33,081 bases of DNA from a virus (lineage: Duplodnaviria > Caudoviricetes): the IMG/VR virus record IMGVR_UViG_3300022666_000358, positions 1 through 33,081 of that record; one strand, 5' to 3'. How positions within the stretch are numbered: the first letter of the stretch is position 1; each line of letters starts with the position of its first letter. Under the pieces are notes generated by a model, which was not told where the DNA came from, made no database searches, and saw nothing but the letters and a program-made list of their open reading frames with translations. The position numbers and the translations under genes are program-made. Below, piece by piece: positions 15,631-24,565 of this stretch.

Positions 15631-17756
15631 CAGGCAGACCTCGTGTTTTTGGAGAGCCGTTGCAGCTCGGGGTAGAGCTGCCTTGCGAGATCGCGGGCCG
15701 TCGACTGGTTGGTGACATTCGGCAGGGTGATATTGACGCCGCCGGTGATGGTAACATTCCCACCCAACTGGTTATTCGGCACAACAGTCCCGCCCTGGCC
15801 GCCGAGTTTCAGAACTTCCGGGCCATGCTCGCCAACGATATATGTGCCGAACGGCTTGACCGGGCCTCCGGAAGCCAGGAAACCGTCAAATGACGATGCC
15901 CCGGCAAACTCGGACACTGTTTGCCAGCCGCTGCCGGTATGGACGCTGCTCCACCAGTCGGTGAGCGACGAATATTTCCCGCTGGTTACCGTGCCGGTAC
16001 CGGACATTAGAGCCGCCATCTGCTGCAACTGCTCGATGCCGGTCGCCTTGAAATTGATGATGACTTCCTTGTCCTTCAGGTTATCGAGCATGATTGCCAA
16101 CTGATCGACGTGCTGTTTGTATTCGTCGGCTTTCGTGATGGCATTGTCATACATCTTCGCCAGCTCGTCGCGGACCTTTTCCGCGGCTGATTTCTGATCC
16201 TCGAACGGCTTGGTTATTTTCTCGCGCAGGCGGTCCATCTCGGTTTTCGACCGCTCCAGGATCTCCTGCTGGGTGATAATGGTGTCATTGCCGACCTTTA
16301 CCTCGTCGGTTATCTGCGACCAGGCATCATAGATCTGTGTCAATGCCTTGGTTCGCTTTTCAAGGTCCTGGATGTTGCCGGCCGCGGCTTCCTGCTTCTG
16401 GAGCAGGGCAATCTGGGCCTGGTATTTTTCGTATGCATCCAGGTTCGGATCAATGCCGGGTGTGAGCTTTTCGGCTCGTTTCTTGTCGATCTCATCCAGG
16501 GTGTTGGTGATGTCGGCCAAGCGCTTTTTCAGGTCGTCGATCTCCTTGATCTTGGTTTCCAGGGCGGTCTTGACCAGGGCGGCGTATTTCTTTTCGCCTT
16601 CTTCGAGCTTCTGCCAGCGATCCTTTTCCGTCTCGATGATCTTCTGCGCGTGCTCCTTGTATTTCTGCTGCAGTTCCTTGAGCCGTTTTTCCTCCTCTTT
16701 CTTGGCCTTTTCTGCAGCGGAATCCTCAAGGTCGTATTGCTCGCCAGTCACTTTTTTCTGCGTCTTCTTCGGGTCGTCCCACTGGGTCCAGGTCTTTTTG
16801 ATATCATTGCCATACTGGACCGCGATGTCCTTCATGGCCTTCATCTGGCCCCACGCGCCTTTGAAATCCAGCCTCGAGGCACGGTTTATGACCTCAAAAC
16901 CCGTTACCGCTTCCGCTGCGACAAATGCGATTGTGGACCCCACGGTCTCGAACGACTTCACTATTCCCTTGAGGGCATAGCCGAAGATCGAAGCCAGTTC
17001 CGGCCCGGCCTTGCCGAACCATTCGCCCAGCTTCAGCAAAGCCGGCAGCAACTGGTTGCCGAACTGGATCTCCATGGATTTGGCCACCAGTCCCAGTTCG
17101 TTCAGCTGTTTTTTGTACTGTTTCGATTGCTCGATGCCTTCCTCGCCGACAATCAGGTGCAGCCGCTGGGCCGTCTCCCGGGCCTCATTCATGGCCTCGC
17201 TGTTGATCTTCAGCAATCCCTTGATTTCGCCCCAGCTCTTGCCGTAGATCTCCATGGCCGCAACATTGCGGTCGGTGCCCGCCTTCATTTCAGACAGCCG
17301 CTGGTTGACTTCCGGCATGATCTCCGCCGTGGACCTGAGATGCCCGGACGAATCCCTGGTGGCCACGCCCAGGTTACGAATTGCTTCTTCATTGGTCCCG
17401 AGTGTTTTCGCCAGCCTGAGCCCCGCCTTTTCCGCCAGGTCCTGATCGACCCCCATGGTCTGCATGGCGACCTTATAGACGCTGGCCTGCTCGGCCGTCA
17501 TGCCGAGCGTCTGGGCCAGCTTGCCGGTCTCGATGTTCCAGCTGACCGTGGAGTCGACTATGCTCTTGAACGCCATGCCGCCGGCAATCGCGGCCAATCC
17601 GCCGATCAGTCCGGTCATGCCGCTGAATGCGCCCTGGATGCCGCTGAACGCTCCGTTTATGTCGCCAGCTGCCTTTTTGCCGGCAGCGCCAACCTTGTCG
17701 AAAACGCCGCTGGCGTTGTCTTTTGCGTTGAGAATGAATTCGAGGATATTGGCCAT
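15630..17756 (-). CDS. tail tape measure protein
   Basis: ILNAKDNASGVF N-terminus, long helical/coiled-coil body, C-terminal ASGGPV..YIVGEHGPEVL motif; follows G/GT chaperones. Confidence 0.9.
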   Translation of the reverse strand: MANILEFILNAKDNASGVFDKVGAAGKKAAGDINGAFSGIQGAFSGMTGLIGGLAAIAGGMAFKSIVDSTVSWNIETGKLAQTLGMTAEQASVYKVAMQTMGVDQDLAEKAGLRLAKTLGTNEEAIRNLGVATRDSSGHLRSTAEIMPEVNQRLSEMKAGTDRNVAAMEIYGKSWGEIKGLLKINSEAMNEARETAQRLHLIVGEEGIEQSKQYKKQLNELGLVAKSMEIQFGNQLLPALLKLGEWFGKAGPELASIFGYALKGIVKSFETVGSTIAFVAAEAVTGFEVINRASRLDFKGAWGQMKAMKDIAVQYGNDIKKTWTQWDDPKKTQKKVTGEQYDLEDSAAEKAKKEEEKRLKELQQKYKEHAQKIIETEKDRWQKLEEGEKKYAALVKTALETKIKEIDDLKKRLADITNTLDEIDKKRAEKLTPGIDPNLDAYEKYQAQIALLQKQEAAAGNIQDLEKRTKALTQIYDAWSQITDEVKVGNDTIITQQEILERSKTEMDRLREKITKPFEDQKSAAEKVRDELAKMYDNAITKADEYKQHVDQLAIMLDNLKDKEVIINFKATGIEQLQQMAALMSGTGTVTSGKYSSLTDWWSSVHTGSGWQTVSEFAGASSFDGFLASGGPVKPFGTYIVGEHGPEVLKLGGQGGTVVPNNQLGGNVTITGGVNITLPNVTNQSTARDLARQLYPELQRLSKNTRSA

Positions 17757-18082
17757 CACGGCCCTCCGGTAATCGGTTTCAGTTCGTTGGCTGCCTGGTG
17801 TTTCTTCACTTCCTCGGCAACCACTGCCAGCATTTCCAGGTCGTCACGGTCGACCCCGTACAGCTGGAAGATGGCCGAACCCACGTTGAGCTCGCGCAGT
17901 GCGGCCAGATGGCCGAAAATCTCCATTATCCTGGCCGCATCAGACGATATTTCAGGTATCGGGCAGCCCTTCGGCGTTTCACATTTCAGCTGGACATTCG
18001 CCTCGTCCCGTGCCTTCCGGCAGGTCTCACAGCTTATTCCGCTGTATTTAAACCTTGCCCAGATGTGCTCCCGGAGTTTTTT
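17756..18082 (-). CDS. tail assembly chaperone GT, C-terminal part reached by -1 frameshift
   Basis: -1 frame relative to 18034..18438 after slippery A AAA AAC; product (KLREHIWARFKYSGISCETC..) has no RBS/start of its own. Confidence 0.8.
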   Translation of the reverse strand, partial: KKLREHIWARFKYSGISCETCRKARDEANVQLKCETPKGCPIPEISSDAARIMEIFGHLAALRELNVGSAIFQLYGVDRDDLEMLAVVAEEVKKHQAANELKPITGGP

Positions 18083-18438
18083 CTCTCTGCTTCCTTCTCG
18101 ATCTCGACCAGGGCGTCCAGATCCGCGCACATGTCGTTGACGAACCGGGCAAAGGCATTGTAGCCCTTCATCAGGGTGTCGATGTTTTCCTTGGTGCAGG
18201 GGAAATCCTGGTCGCCTTCGGTGAATCCTTCCCAATCCAGCACAGCCGCCCGGCCCAGGAGGCAATCAGCCTTGACCGAGTCCGTCTGTTCGGTCTTTGC
18301 ACCCTTCACAAACTCGATTCTGGTGGCTTTTTTATAGATCCCCTTCAATTCCTCCCGGGAAATGTGCCGAATATGCACTTTTGCATCGCCGAATGGGCAC
18401 CAGACCGAGAATTCCTTTTTGACTGCCGCTATATCCAC
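18034..18438 (-). CDS. tail assembly chaperone G
   Basis: Between tail tube and TMP; AVLDWEGF..FPCTKEN motif; AAAGGAG RBS, GTG start. Confidence 0.8.
   Translation of the reverse strand: MDIAAVKKEFSVWCPFGDAKVHIRHISREELKGIYKKATRIEFVKGAKTEQTDSVKADCLLGRAAVLDWEGFTEGDQDFPCTKENIDTLMKGYNAFARFVNDMCADLDALVEIEKEAERKNSGSTSGQGLNTAE
18076..18082 (-). other. programmed -1 ribosomal frameshift site A_AAA_AAC
   Basis: In-frame AGA AAA AAC near the end of G; shifting -1 enters the 17756 ORF frame. Confidence 0.8.
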
Positions 18439-18462
18439 AACTGCTCCTTTCCTTTTGCAATA

Positions 18463-19713
18463 CTAGATCAACGCCCCCGGCGAGATGGCATTCTTGAGAA
18501 TGATCTTCAGGCCGGTGACGTCGGCATTATTGTCATAGAAACCTTCGAAACCTAGCGAAACGGTAACGCCCTTCGGACCCTCGATCGGCGGGCTTGCGGC
18601 CTTGTAAACCAGTTCGGGAATGACAACTTGTATGGACTCGTTGCCGTCGGTGCCAGCGCCGGAACCCCGGGTGATAGTGAAGTCGAGGCTCGACTCGGTC
18701 AGGTTGCGGGCCTTGTTGTAGTAGGTCAGATCCTCGAACTGGGCCTTGAGCGTGCCGCTGACCTTGTAGATCCCGGCGTTGATGCCGGCACGAGACCCGC
18801 CGCCGCCGACCACGAATGTATCACCGTCCAGGTCGTTATCGATCGTGATGCTGTCAATGCCGATGATATTGGCAACAACGCTTCCGCCTTCCAGGATGTT
18901 TGCCGCGGCAATGCCCAGGTTGTCGAACGACCGCTTGCCGTTATCCAGCGGAGAAGAATCAAACGAGGTGGATGCAGTGGCCTCCGACGCCCCCATCCAG
19001 TTCGTTGCCAGCTTGATGAGGCCCGCGCCGCCGATACTGAAATTCATGCTGGCGCATTTGCAGCCCAGGTAGCGGAAAAACTGGGCAACGTCGGTAAAGC
19101 CTTTCTCGATGGTATACGACGCCAGGTTGCCGCCAGCTTTTAGCGTGTGGGTGAACGCGGTTCCGGGAGTAGTTACCCTCTTGATGGTGCCGCTGCCCAG
19201 GGTGAACGTGGTGGTCGTGCCCATGGGGATCCGGATCAGCAGCTGGTTGGCCGTGGGTATCGCCACCACCGGCCAGACTTTGCTGTTGAGAGATGTCGGG
19301 GCCGTGAGCCCTGCTATTTCGACCGTATCACCGACGCTGCAGCCGTGAGATGTCTGGTTGATAGTCATGAGCTGGTTGACCGCGTCGATGGTCGCCGTCG
19401 GTGCGGAAAAGGCGGTGCCCATGGTGCCGCCGGTCTGCGTGCTCTCCATGCTGCCCAGGGCAGCATATAAGAGGGCCGTGGTGGCCTGCAGCTCGGTGTT
19501 CATGCCGCCACCGACATCGACATTCCCGCGGACCGATTGCGTCGGGTGCCGCGTGCCGCCCCGGAGGACGGCGCTTGAATCCATCCCCTGGTCCAGATTG
19601 ATGTCGCAGGTTTCGATATAGACTTTCTTGCTCTTCACGTTCGCGGGTATAGTCTTGAACGTGTTTTCCATCTGCATGAGCACTTGCGAGAGCGCCCCTT
19701 GTGCCTGAGACAT
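18463..19713 (-). CDS. major tail tube protein with inserted beta domain
   Basis: SYTIEKGFTDV..FRYLGCK, ITIDNDLD, VSGTLKAQFED, PPIEGPKGV tube motifs; upstream of the chaperones. Confidence 0.8.
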   Translation of the reverse strand: MSQAQGALSQVLMQMENTFKTIPANVKSKKVYIETCDINLDQGMDSSAVLRGGTRHPTQSVRGNVDVGGGMNTELQATTALLYAALGSMESTQTGGTMGTAFSAPTATIDAVNQLMTINQTSHGCSVGDTVEIAGLTAPTSLNSKVWPVVAIPTANQLLIRIPMGTTTTFTLGSGTIKRVTTPGTAFTHTLKAGGNLASYTIEKGFTDVAQFFRYLGCKCASMNFSIGGAGLIKLATNWMGASEATASTSFDSSPLDNGKRSFDNLGIAAANILEGGSVVANIIGIDSITIDNDLDGDTFVVGGGGSRAGINAGIYKVSGTLKAQFEDLTYYNKARNLTESSLDFTITRGSGAGTDGNESIQVVIPELVYKAASPPIEGPKGVTVSLGFEGFYDNNADVTGLKIILKNAISPGALI

Positions 19714-19731
19714 GATGTGTATCTCCTTTCG

Positions 19732-20172
19732 TTACATTGCCCACAATGAGGCGCGATATCTGACAGTCATTCTCACCTGGCCGGCGCCGAGGACCCGCTC
19801 GGCCTGCTCCAGGTTGATGCCATGCGACTGGATCTCGGTATGCTCGGCCAGGCCGCCCCAGGTGCGGTCGACACCGACGGCCCGAAAAACGTCCTCCATG
19901 ATCGAGCGGACGGTCGTGCGGCTCGCGGATCCGGAGACGATCGCATCGATGTCAACCTGCAGCTCGTGGGTGAAATACCCGATTGCGCCGTCGGGCGACA
20001 TGTTGCAGTCGGTGTCATAAATGCACAGCGCCGGCATGTCGGAATCCGGTATCGGCACCAGCCGCCAGGGAAATACATGCTGCCCGGCTTCGGTCTGGTA
20101 CCCGTTGGCCACCCGGATGGTTTTCAGCCGGGTCTCGATCGCGTCGACTATTTGCTGGCGGAGGTTTGCCAT
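19732..20172 (-). CDS. tail terminator/completion protein (gpU-like)
   Basis: RQQIVDAIETRLKTIRVANGY..PALCIYD..DRTWGGLA; directly upstream of tail tube. Confidence 0.7.
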   Translation of the reverse strand: MANLRQQIVDAIETRLKTIRVANGYQTEAGQHVFPWRLVPIPDSDMPALCIYDTDCNMSPDGAIGYFTHELQVDIDAIVSGSASRTTVRSIMEDVFRAVGVDRTWGGLAEHTEIQSHGINLEQAERVLGAGQVRMTVRYRASLWAM

Positions 20173-20547
20173 CTACTGCCCCGCCTGTCCGGCTGCGGGC
20201 AACACAACCACAATCATCAGGTTATTGGGAGCCGCAACCAGCGGAGGTGTAGAGACCACGTTCGACGGCGCCGACTCGCCCCAGCTGTTGTATGCCGTCA
20301 CAAAATACGACCAGGCGCCGGCAGTAACGGTAGTGTCGGAATATGTCAACGCCTTCCCGACTGTGCCGATGGGCGTCCTGGGCGGATTGGTGATCGGTTG
20401 CTCGCCGACCGGCATGCGATAGATGCGATACCCGTCAGCGCCGGTTGATTGACCCCATTGCAGGGTTACGGTTCCAGCCCCGGCGGCCAGCGGGCAGACC
20501 ATCACAGCGAGTAAAACCAGAGAGAACAGCGCGATTGATTTTTTCAT
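20173..20547 (-). CDS. fibronectin type III domain protein with signal peptide
   Basis: MKKSIALFSLVLLAVMVCPLAAGA signal; VTLQW..ADGYRIYR..YSDTTV..YFVTAYNSWGESAPSN FN3 signature. Confidence 0.85.
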   Translation of the reverse strand: MKKSIALFSLVLLAVMVCPLAAGAGTVTLQWGQSTGADGYRIYRMPVGEQPITNPPRTPIGTVGKALTYSDTTVTAGAWSYFVTAYNSWGESAPSNVVSTPPLVAAPNNLMIVVVLPAAGQAGQ

Positions 20548-20676
20548 CTGAGGCTCCTTTGCCGATCCAGGTCGTGATCGACATTTTTTATTTATCTGTT
20601 TAATTTGACTTGCTTTATATCATTATGTTACTAATTCAGTTTAAATCCCATTTCTCAACGCTTCCCTGGAGGTAAC

Positions 20677-21324
20677 ATGTCAGAAAACACAAACATTCAT
20701 TACGATGACAAATATTTCGCATGGCAATCAACCCTCGGAGAATTCGGAGGATGGGCAAATAGGAGCAAATTTATTGAGTTTATATCCATAAACGACTCAG
20801 TTCTGGATTTCGGATGTGGAGGAGGATATCTTTTAAAAGATATCGATTGTAAAAAGAAAATCGGTATCGAAATCAATCCAGTGGCTTCGAGCACCGCCAC
20901 AACAAACGGAGTAGAAGTTTTTTCAAAAACAGAAGACGTCCCCAGTGAATATGCAGACATTATTATTTCAAATAATGCGTTGGAGCATACCCTGCATCCA
21001 CTTACTGAACTGAAATCATTACATAGAATATTGAAGCCCAAAGGTAGAATCATTTTTGTTGTTCCATGCGAATCAGTATCTTACAAATATCGCGCTAACG
21101 ACATAAACCGGCATCTTTACAGCTGGAGTCCAATGTGTATAGGCAACCTTTTCAATGAAGCAGGTTTTCAAGTTATTGAGTCAAAACCTTATATCCACAA
21201 ATGGCCTCGCTTTTACAGGTTTTTTGCAAAGCTTGGTGGCCGGAAAACATTTGATCTGGTTTGCCGCATTAAAGGCCGATTAGAAAGATCGTGGTTTCAA
21301 GTAAGAGTAATCGCGTGTAAATAA
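20677..21324 (+). CDS. class I SAM-dependent methyltransferase (antisense moron)
   Basis: VLDFGCGGG motif I, IGIEIN, DIIISNNALEH..LKPKGRIIFVVP; GGAGG RBS; AT-rich with AT-rich upstream region. Confidence 0.88.
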   Translation: MSENTNIHYDDKYFAWQSTLGEFGGWANRSKFIEFISINDSVLDFGCGGGYLLKDIDCKKKIGIEINPVASSTATTNGVEVFSKTEDVPSEYADIIISNNALEHTLHPLTELKSLHRILKPKGRIIFVVPCESVSYKYRANDINRHLYSWSPMCIGNLFNEAGFQVIESKPYIHKWPRFYRFFAKLGGRKTFDLVCRIKGRLERSWFQVRVIACK

Positions 21325-21330
21325 TAAACT

Positions 21331-23193
21331 TCACGGCAACGAATATAGCGACCTCCACGCCGATCCGGTATAGATGCTCGGACCTAACGGCGCAGTCGTG
21401 GTACTGAAACATTTTGCGCCAGTTGTCGTGGCCAGCAACGCCGTGTCGGCGGGATAGTCGATGTTGTAGCAGTTGATAACCTCACTCCCTGCCCTCTGGA
21501 ATCCGTTCCAGGTGCCTATTCTGTTGATACCAGAACCCCGTACATCTACCGTAGTAGTATTGCTGACATATATGGCAGCATTTATAAGCGTATCTCCGAT
21601 AAAGTTAGTAAGCGTCAAGTCAAGCGGAGAACCAGTATTCAAAAGCCTGTTTGTTCCCTTAAGTCTGATATTGTTTGCCAATACATATTTTTTGTTTGTA
21701 CCAGCAACTAGATTCATCAAACATTTTCCGTTTGTTATTTCTACATTATTAAATGTTGTTACATCAACCGAACTATTAGCACCGAAATTGAAAATATTCG
21801 ACGTATTTGTGTCCGTGATGTTCATCTGCAAACCGTCAACAGCGAGACGGGTTACAGTGCCATCTATATTTACAACCATTGCAGTGTTGAATGCTGGAAG
21901 CGTTACGTTCTTAATCATCAGGTTTGCTACAGTATAACCCGAACGAGGATACACAATTCGTCCCGCTATAATATCGCTCGCCTGGAAACCATCTATTAAA
22001 ACACTAGACCAGTTCCACAACTGAATAAATGTCGGGTCGGCAGCATACGCACCATAAGGATAGAGATTGCGGAGAACCAATTTCCCGCCAGCGGTGGTCG
22101 ATCCGTCAACCAACATGACCAGAGGGCGGGCATAAACACCATCAACTACGACCTCTGATACATCGGATACACCGCACCCTGCCGTGTCCTCAAACAGGTT
22201 TACGATGACATTCGCCACCCCGAAAATATTGCGAATACTCACACGTCGCACCGTCGCAGATGTGCCGCCAATGACTTTAACGATAGACGTTGAGGATGTC
22301 CCCGTAATATTGGAAATGGATAGGTCAGTGATGTTCCCGTATCCAGGGGCGTATGTGGCATAATCACGGGCTGTCACACCCACGATGTCATCCCCTGCAT
22401 TTGCGCCAGTAATATTGTTAATTTTGATATTACTGGCGGGACCGATAAGATGTACTACGTCCGAGTTCGAACTGGGAGAGTTAATGTTGTCAATCACCAC
22501 ATTCGTCACATCTGATGCGGCAATGGCGTATTTGTTGGTTCCGGTTGTGGTAATATTGACATCACGGATAACCAGCCCATCGACATAATTGAAGTTGATT
22601 GCGTGGAGGTTTTGCCCACTCCCTGCAGATGCGTTGCGCGTCCATGTACCACCAGACACTACGATATTGCTATCCCTGCCACTGGCAATGTCGTAGGCAT
22701 GGTTTTTGAGTAGCGTAGTGGTATTACTCGCCGCTTGAGTCACGCTCGATCCCGGCGCAACTTCCAGCCACGTGTTCAGGTACATCACTAGAGACGTAGA
22801 AGTGGCGCACGACCCCGACAGAATCACATGGACATTACCACCAGAGAGAGCGGCATTGATGGCAGTGGTATCATCAGATCCGCCGCATACAACCGTTCGT
22901 ATGCCTAAATTGTCCTGTTTCCCATTCCATGTCGATTTTTCGGTATCGGTAACCGTCCGGTGCGTTGCATCCCCGGTCAATTCAGACAAAAGAGACGGAA
23001 TGCCCAGACCAGATTGAGGCAGCAAACGCACAGCTCCGCCCTGCAGAACAACAAGCCTGTCATTTACTCCCAATGGAGTGGTGGCCGAAGGTCTCGCAGC
23101 CAGATAGGCAGGGAACGTCAAGTCGGCCGGCTGTGCATTGATACCGGTGATAAGAATCAAGATCAGCAATATCCAGGTCCAAGCGCTTTTCAT
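21331..23193 (-). CDS. tailspike-like right-handed beta-helix (pectin lyase fold) protein with signal peptide
   Basis: Hydrophobic N-terminal leader; HRTVTDTEKSTWNGKQD phage fibre motif; GSDDTTAINAAL cap; SDVVHL..SNIKINNITG..GDDIVGV (GH28-like) and Asn/Ile/Val ladders. Confidence 0.8.
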   Translation of the reverse strand: MKSAWTWILLILILITGINAQPADLTFPAYLAARPSATTPLGVNDRLVVLQGGAVRLLPQSGLGIPSLLSELTGDATHRTVTDTEKSTWNGKQDNLGIRTVVCGGSDDTTAINAALSGGNVHVILSGSCATSTSLVMYLNTWLEVAPGSSVTQAASNTTTLLKNHAYDIASGRDSNIVVSGGTWTRNASAGSGQNLHAINFNYVDGLVIRDVNITTTGTNKYAIAASDVTNVVIDNINSPSSNSDVVHLIGPASNIKINNITGANAGDDIVGVTARDYATYAPGYGNITDLSISNITGTSSTSIVKVIGGTSATVRRVSIRNIFGVANVIVNLFEDTAGCGVSDVSEVVVDGVYARPLVMLVDGSTTAGGKLVLRNLYPYGAYAADPTFIQLWNWSSVLIDGFQASDIIAGRIVYPRSGYTVANLMIKNVTLPAFNTAMVVNIDGTVTRLAVDGLQMNITDTNTSNIFNFGANSSVDVTTFNNVEITNGKCLMNLVAGTNKKYVLANNIRLKGTNRLLNTGSPLDLTLTNFIGDTLINAAIYVSNTTTVDVRGSGINRIGTWNGFQRAGSEVINCYNIDYPADTALLATTTGAKCFSTTTAPLGPSIYTGSAWRSLYSLP

Positions 23194-23202
23194 GCGATTC
23201 TC

Positions 23203-23343
23203 CTATATAGTCAATCGATCGCCGGTATCCTCGGAAACGAGGAATGCTCGTGTCGCCTCATCGATCAGGTCGTCCGGCGGAAAGGCAGGGACCATCACGA
23301 ACCCGATCGGCGTCTCGTCATACATATAGATCCCTACGTCCAT
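23203..23343 (-). CDS. small phage protein (46 aa, MDVGIYMYDETP...LVSEDTGDRLTI)
   Basis: Read by hand; fills the gap between 23334 and 23193; C-terminus resembles the L-x-T/S-E-x-G-x-x-L peptide of phage fibre adaptors. Confidence 0.5.
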   Translation of the reverse strand: MDVGIYMYDETPIGFVMVPAFPPDDLIDEATRAFLVSEDTGDRLTI

Positions 23344-23699
23344 CTGCCTGCCCCACGCATAACAGTTAAGGTCCCGCCGAACAGTTTGACGGTATAGGTT
23401 CCATAAGGCCGTGCCAAGAGTGTCCAGACCAGCGTCTTATATACGGAAGTATCTCCATCGCCAAAAAACGCTGCCGCTGCTGCCGCCGAAATGCTGATTG
23501 ATATGGTACCCAGCGCAACATCGACAACCTGGGCGGTCATCTCCAGCGCCTCGGCCGCATCACTGACGTTATTGACCGCAGAGGCATGCACGGTCCATCC
23601 GGTCAGATTCTGTGGAGCCCTGGCCGTGGTTATAACCTGCAGGACCTCATAAAGGCCCGCGTCGGTGTACGCCATCAGGTTTAACGTCACGGGTCCCAT
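23334..23699 (-). CDS. BppU-N-like Ig-fold structural/adaptor protein
   Basis: PQNLTGWTVHAS..VVDVALGTISISIS..LFGGTLTV pattern. Confidence 0.55.
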   Translation of the reverse strand: MGPVTLNLMAYTDAGLYEVLQVITTARAPQNLTGWTVHASAVNNVSDAAEALEMTAQVVDVALGTISISISAAAAAAFFGDGDTSVYKTLVWTLLARPYGTYTVKLFGGTLTVMRGAGRWT

Positions 23700-23908
23700 T
23701 ACGCTCCCTCACCAGCCCCGCTCACAAATTTCAACTCGGGAAAGCCTTCCGCCCGGGCTTTCTCCAGCAACGCCCGGATCTCCGCCGGATCCGTCAGATC
23801 TTTGGTGTTGAGCTCAACCAGCTTGCCGCCCAGGTCGAGTACTATCCGTTCAGCAACCGGCAGAAGGGCAATGATCAGCTGTATTGTCTGGTCGCTTTTC
23901 TCGCTCAT
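23699..23908 (-). CDS. hypothetical protein (69 aa)
   Basis: Translationally coupled to both neighbours. Confidence 0.65.
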   Translation of the reverse strand: MSEKSDQTIQLIIALLPVAERIVLDLGGKLVELNTKDLTDPAEIRALLEKARAEGFPELKFVSGAGEGA

Positions 23909-24522
23909 TTCGCACCCCCGCCGAAGGCCTGGAGCAAGACAACCAGGTCGCTGTTGATGTTGGATAGACGGGCACGCAAAGCCTCGAACGCTGCCTCATC
24001 GGCCATGTTTCCGGACTGGAGGTAGAGCAGAAAGCCGTCAGAGGCGGCGTTGTAGGCCGCCTGCCCCTGTTTGTAGAGGTCCCGCGCCTTGTCGCAGTCG
24101 GACTGCTTCATCACCCCCTGGCTGCAGAGATCATTGGCAGCCTCGGCGGAGGTGATGATCGCCTGCCTGGAGGTAAGAAGCGATTTCGCGGCGATGGATT
24201 GCGGCGTCTCAGTGGTGGCGCAGCCGGCGAAAAACAGAAGGGAGCAGATCCCAACCAGGAGCATCATCGTGGCGATCCGCGCACGTCCAGCGTTGCCGCC
24301 GGTACCCCCGGTGAGCAACTCGGTTTTGCGGGTGCTGCCCTCGGAGCTACCGAAATAGTAGCCGTAGATGTCCTTGAACGTGGCGACCAGGGCGCCGATC
24401 ACGATCAGGATGATGTCCCGGGACCCTTGCGGCAACGGATAGTAAAACAGCAACCAGAGGCAGACTCCGACCCCGACGACTACCAGCAGACTGAGAATTC
24501 CTTTAATGACTTCGGTGTTCAT
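23905..24522 (-). CDS. holin-like membrane protein fused to a lipoprotein-like domain
   Basis: Two TM helices plus YYFGSSEGSTRK holin-like motif, then third hydrophobic stretch ending in lipobox FAGC; GGAGG RBS supports ATG 24522; follows endolysin. Confidence 0.6.
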   Translation of the reverse strand: MNTEVIKGILSLLVVVGVGVCLWLLFYYPLPQGSRDIILIVIGALVATFKDIYGYYFGSSEGSTRKTELLTGGTGGNAGRARIATMMLLVGICSLLFFAGCATTETPQSIAAKSLLTSRQAIITSAEAANDLCSQGVMKQSDCDKARDLYKQGQAAYNAASDGFLLYLQSGNMADEAAFEALRARLSNINSDLVVLLQAFGGGAK

Positions 24523-24565
24523 TTTTTCGACCTCCATATTTCGTTTCTAAGCCGCTTTCTTTTCG

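Noticed and set aside
18083-18265. Independent start for the 169-aa ORF 17756..18265
   Set aside because: The upstream part overlaps chaperone G out of frame; explained by the -1 frameshift.
20590-20660. Specific sigma70 promoter for the methyltransferase
   Set aside because: A TTGACT is present but no convincing -10 at 16-18 bp; region only noted as AT-rich.
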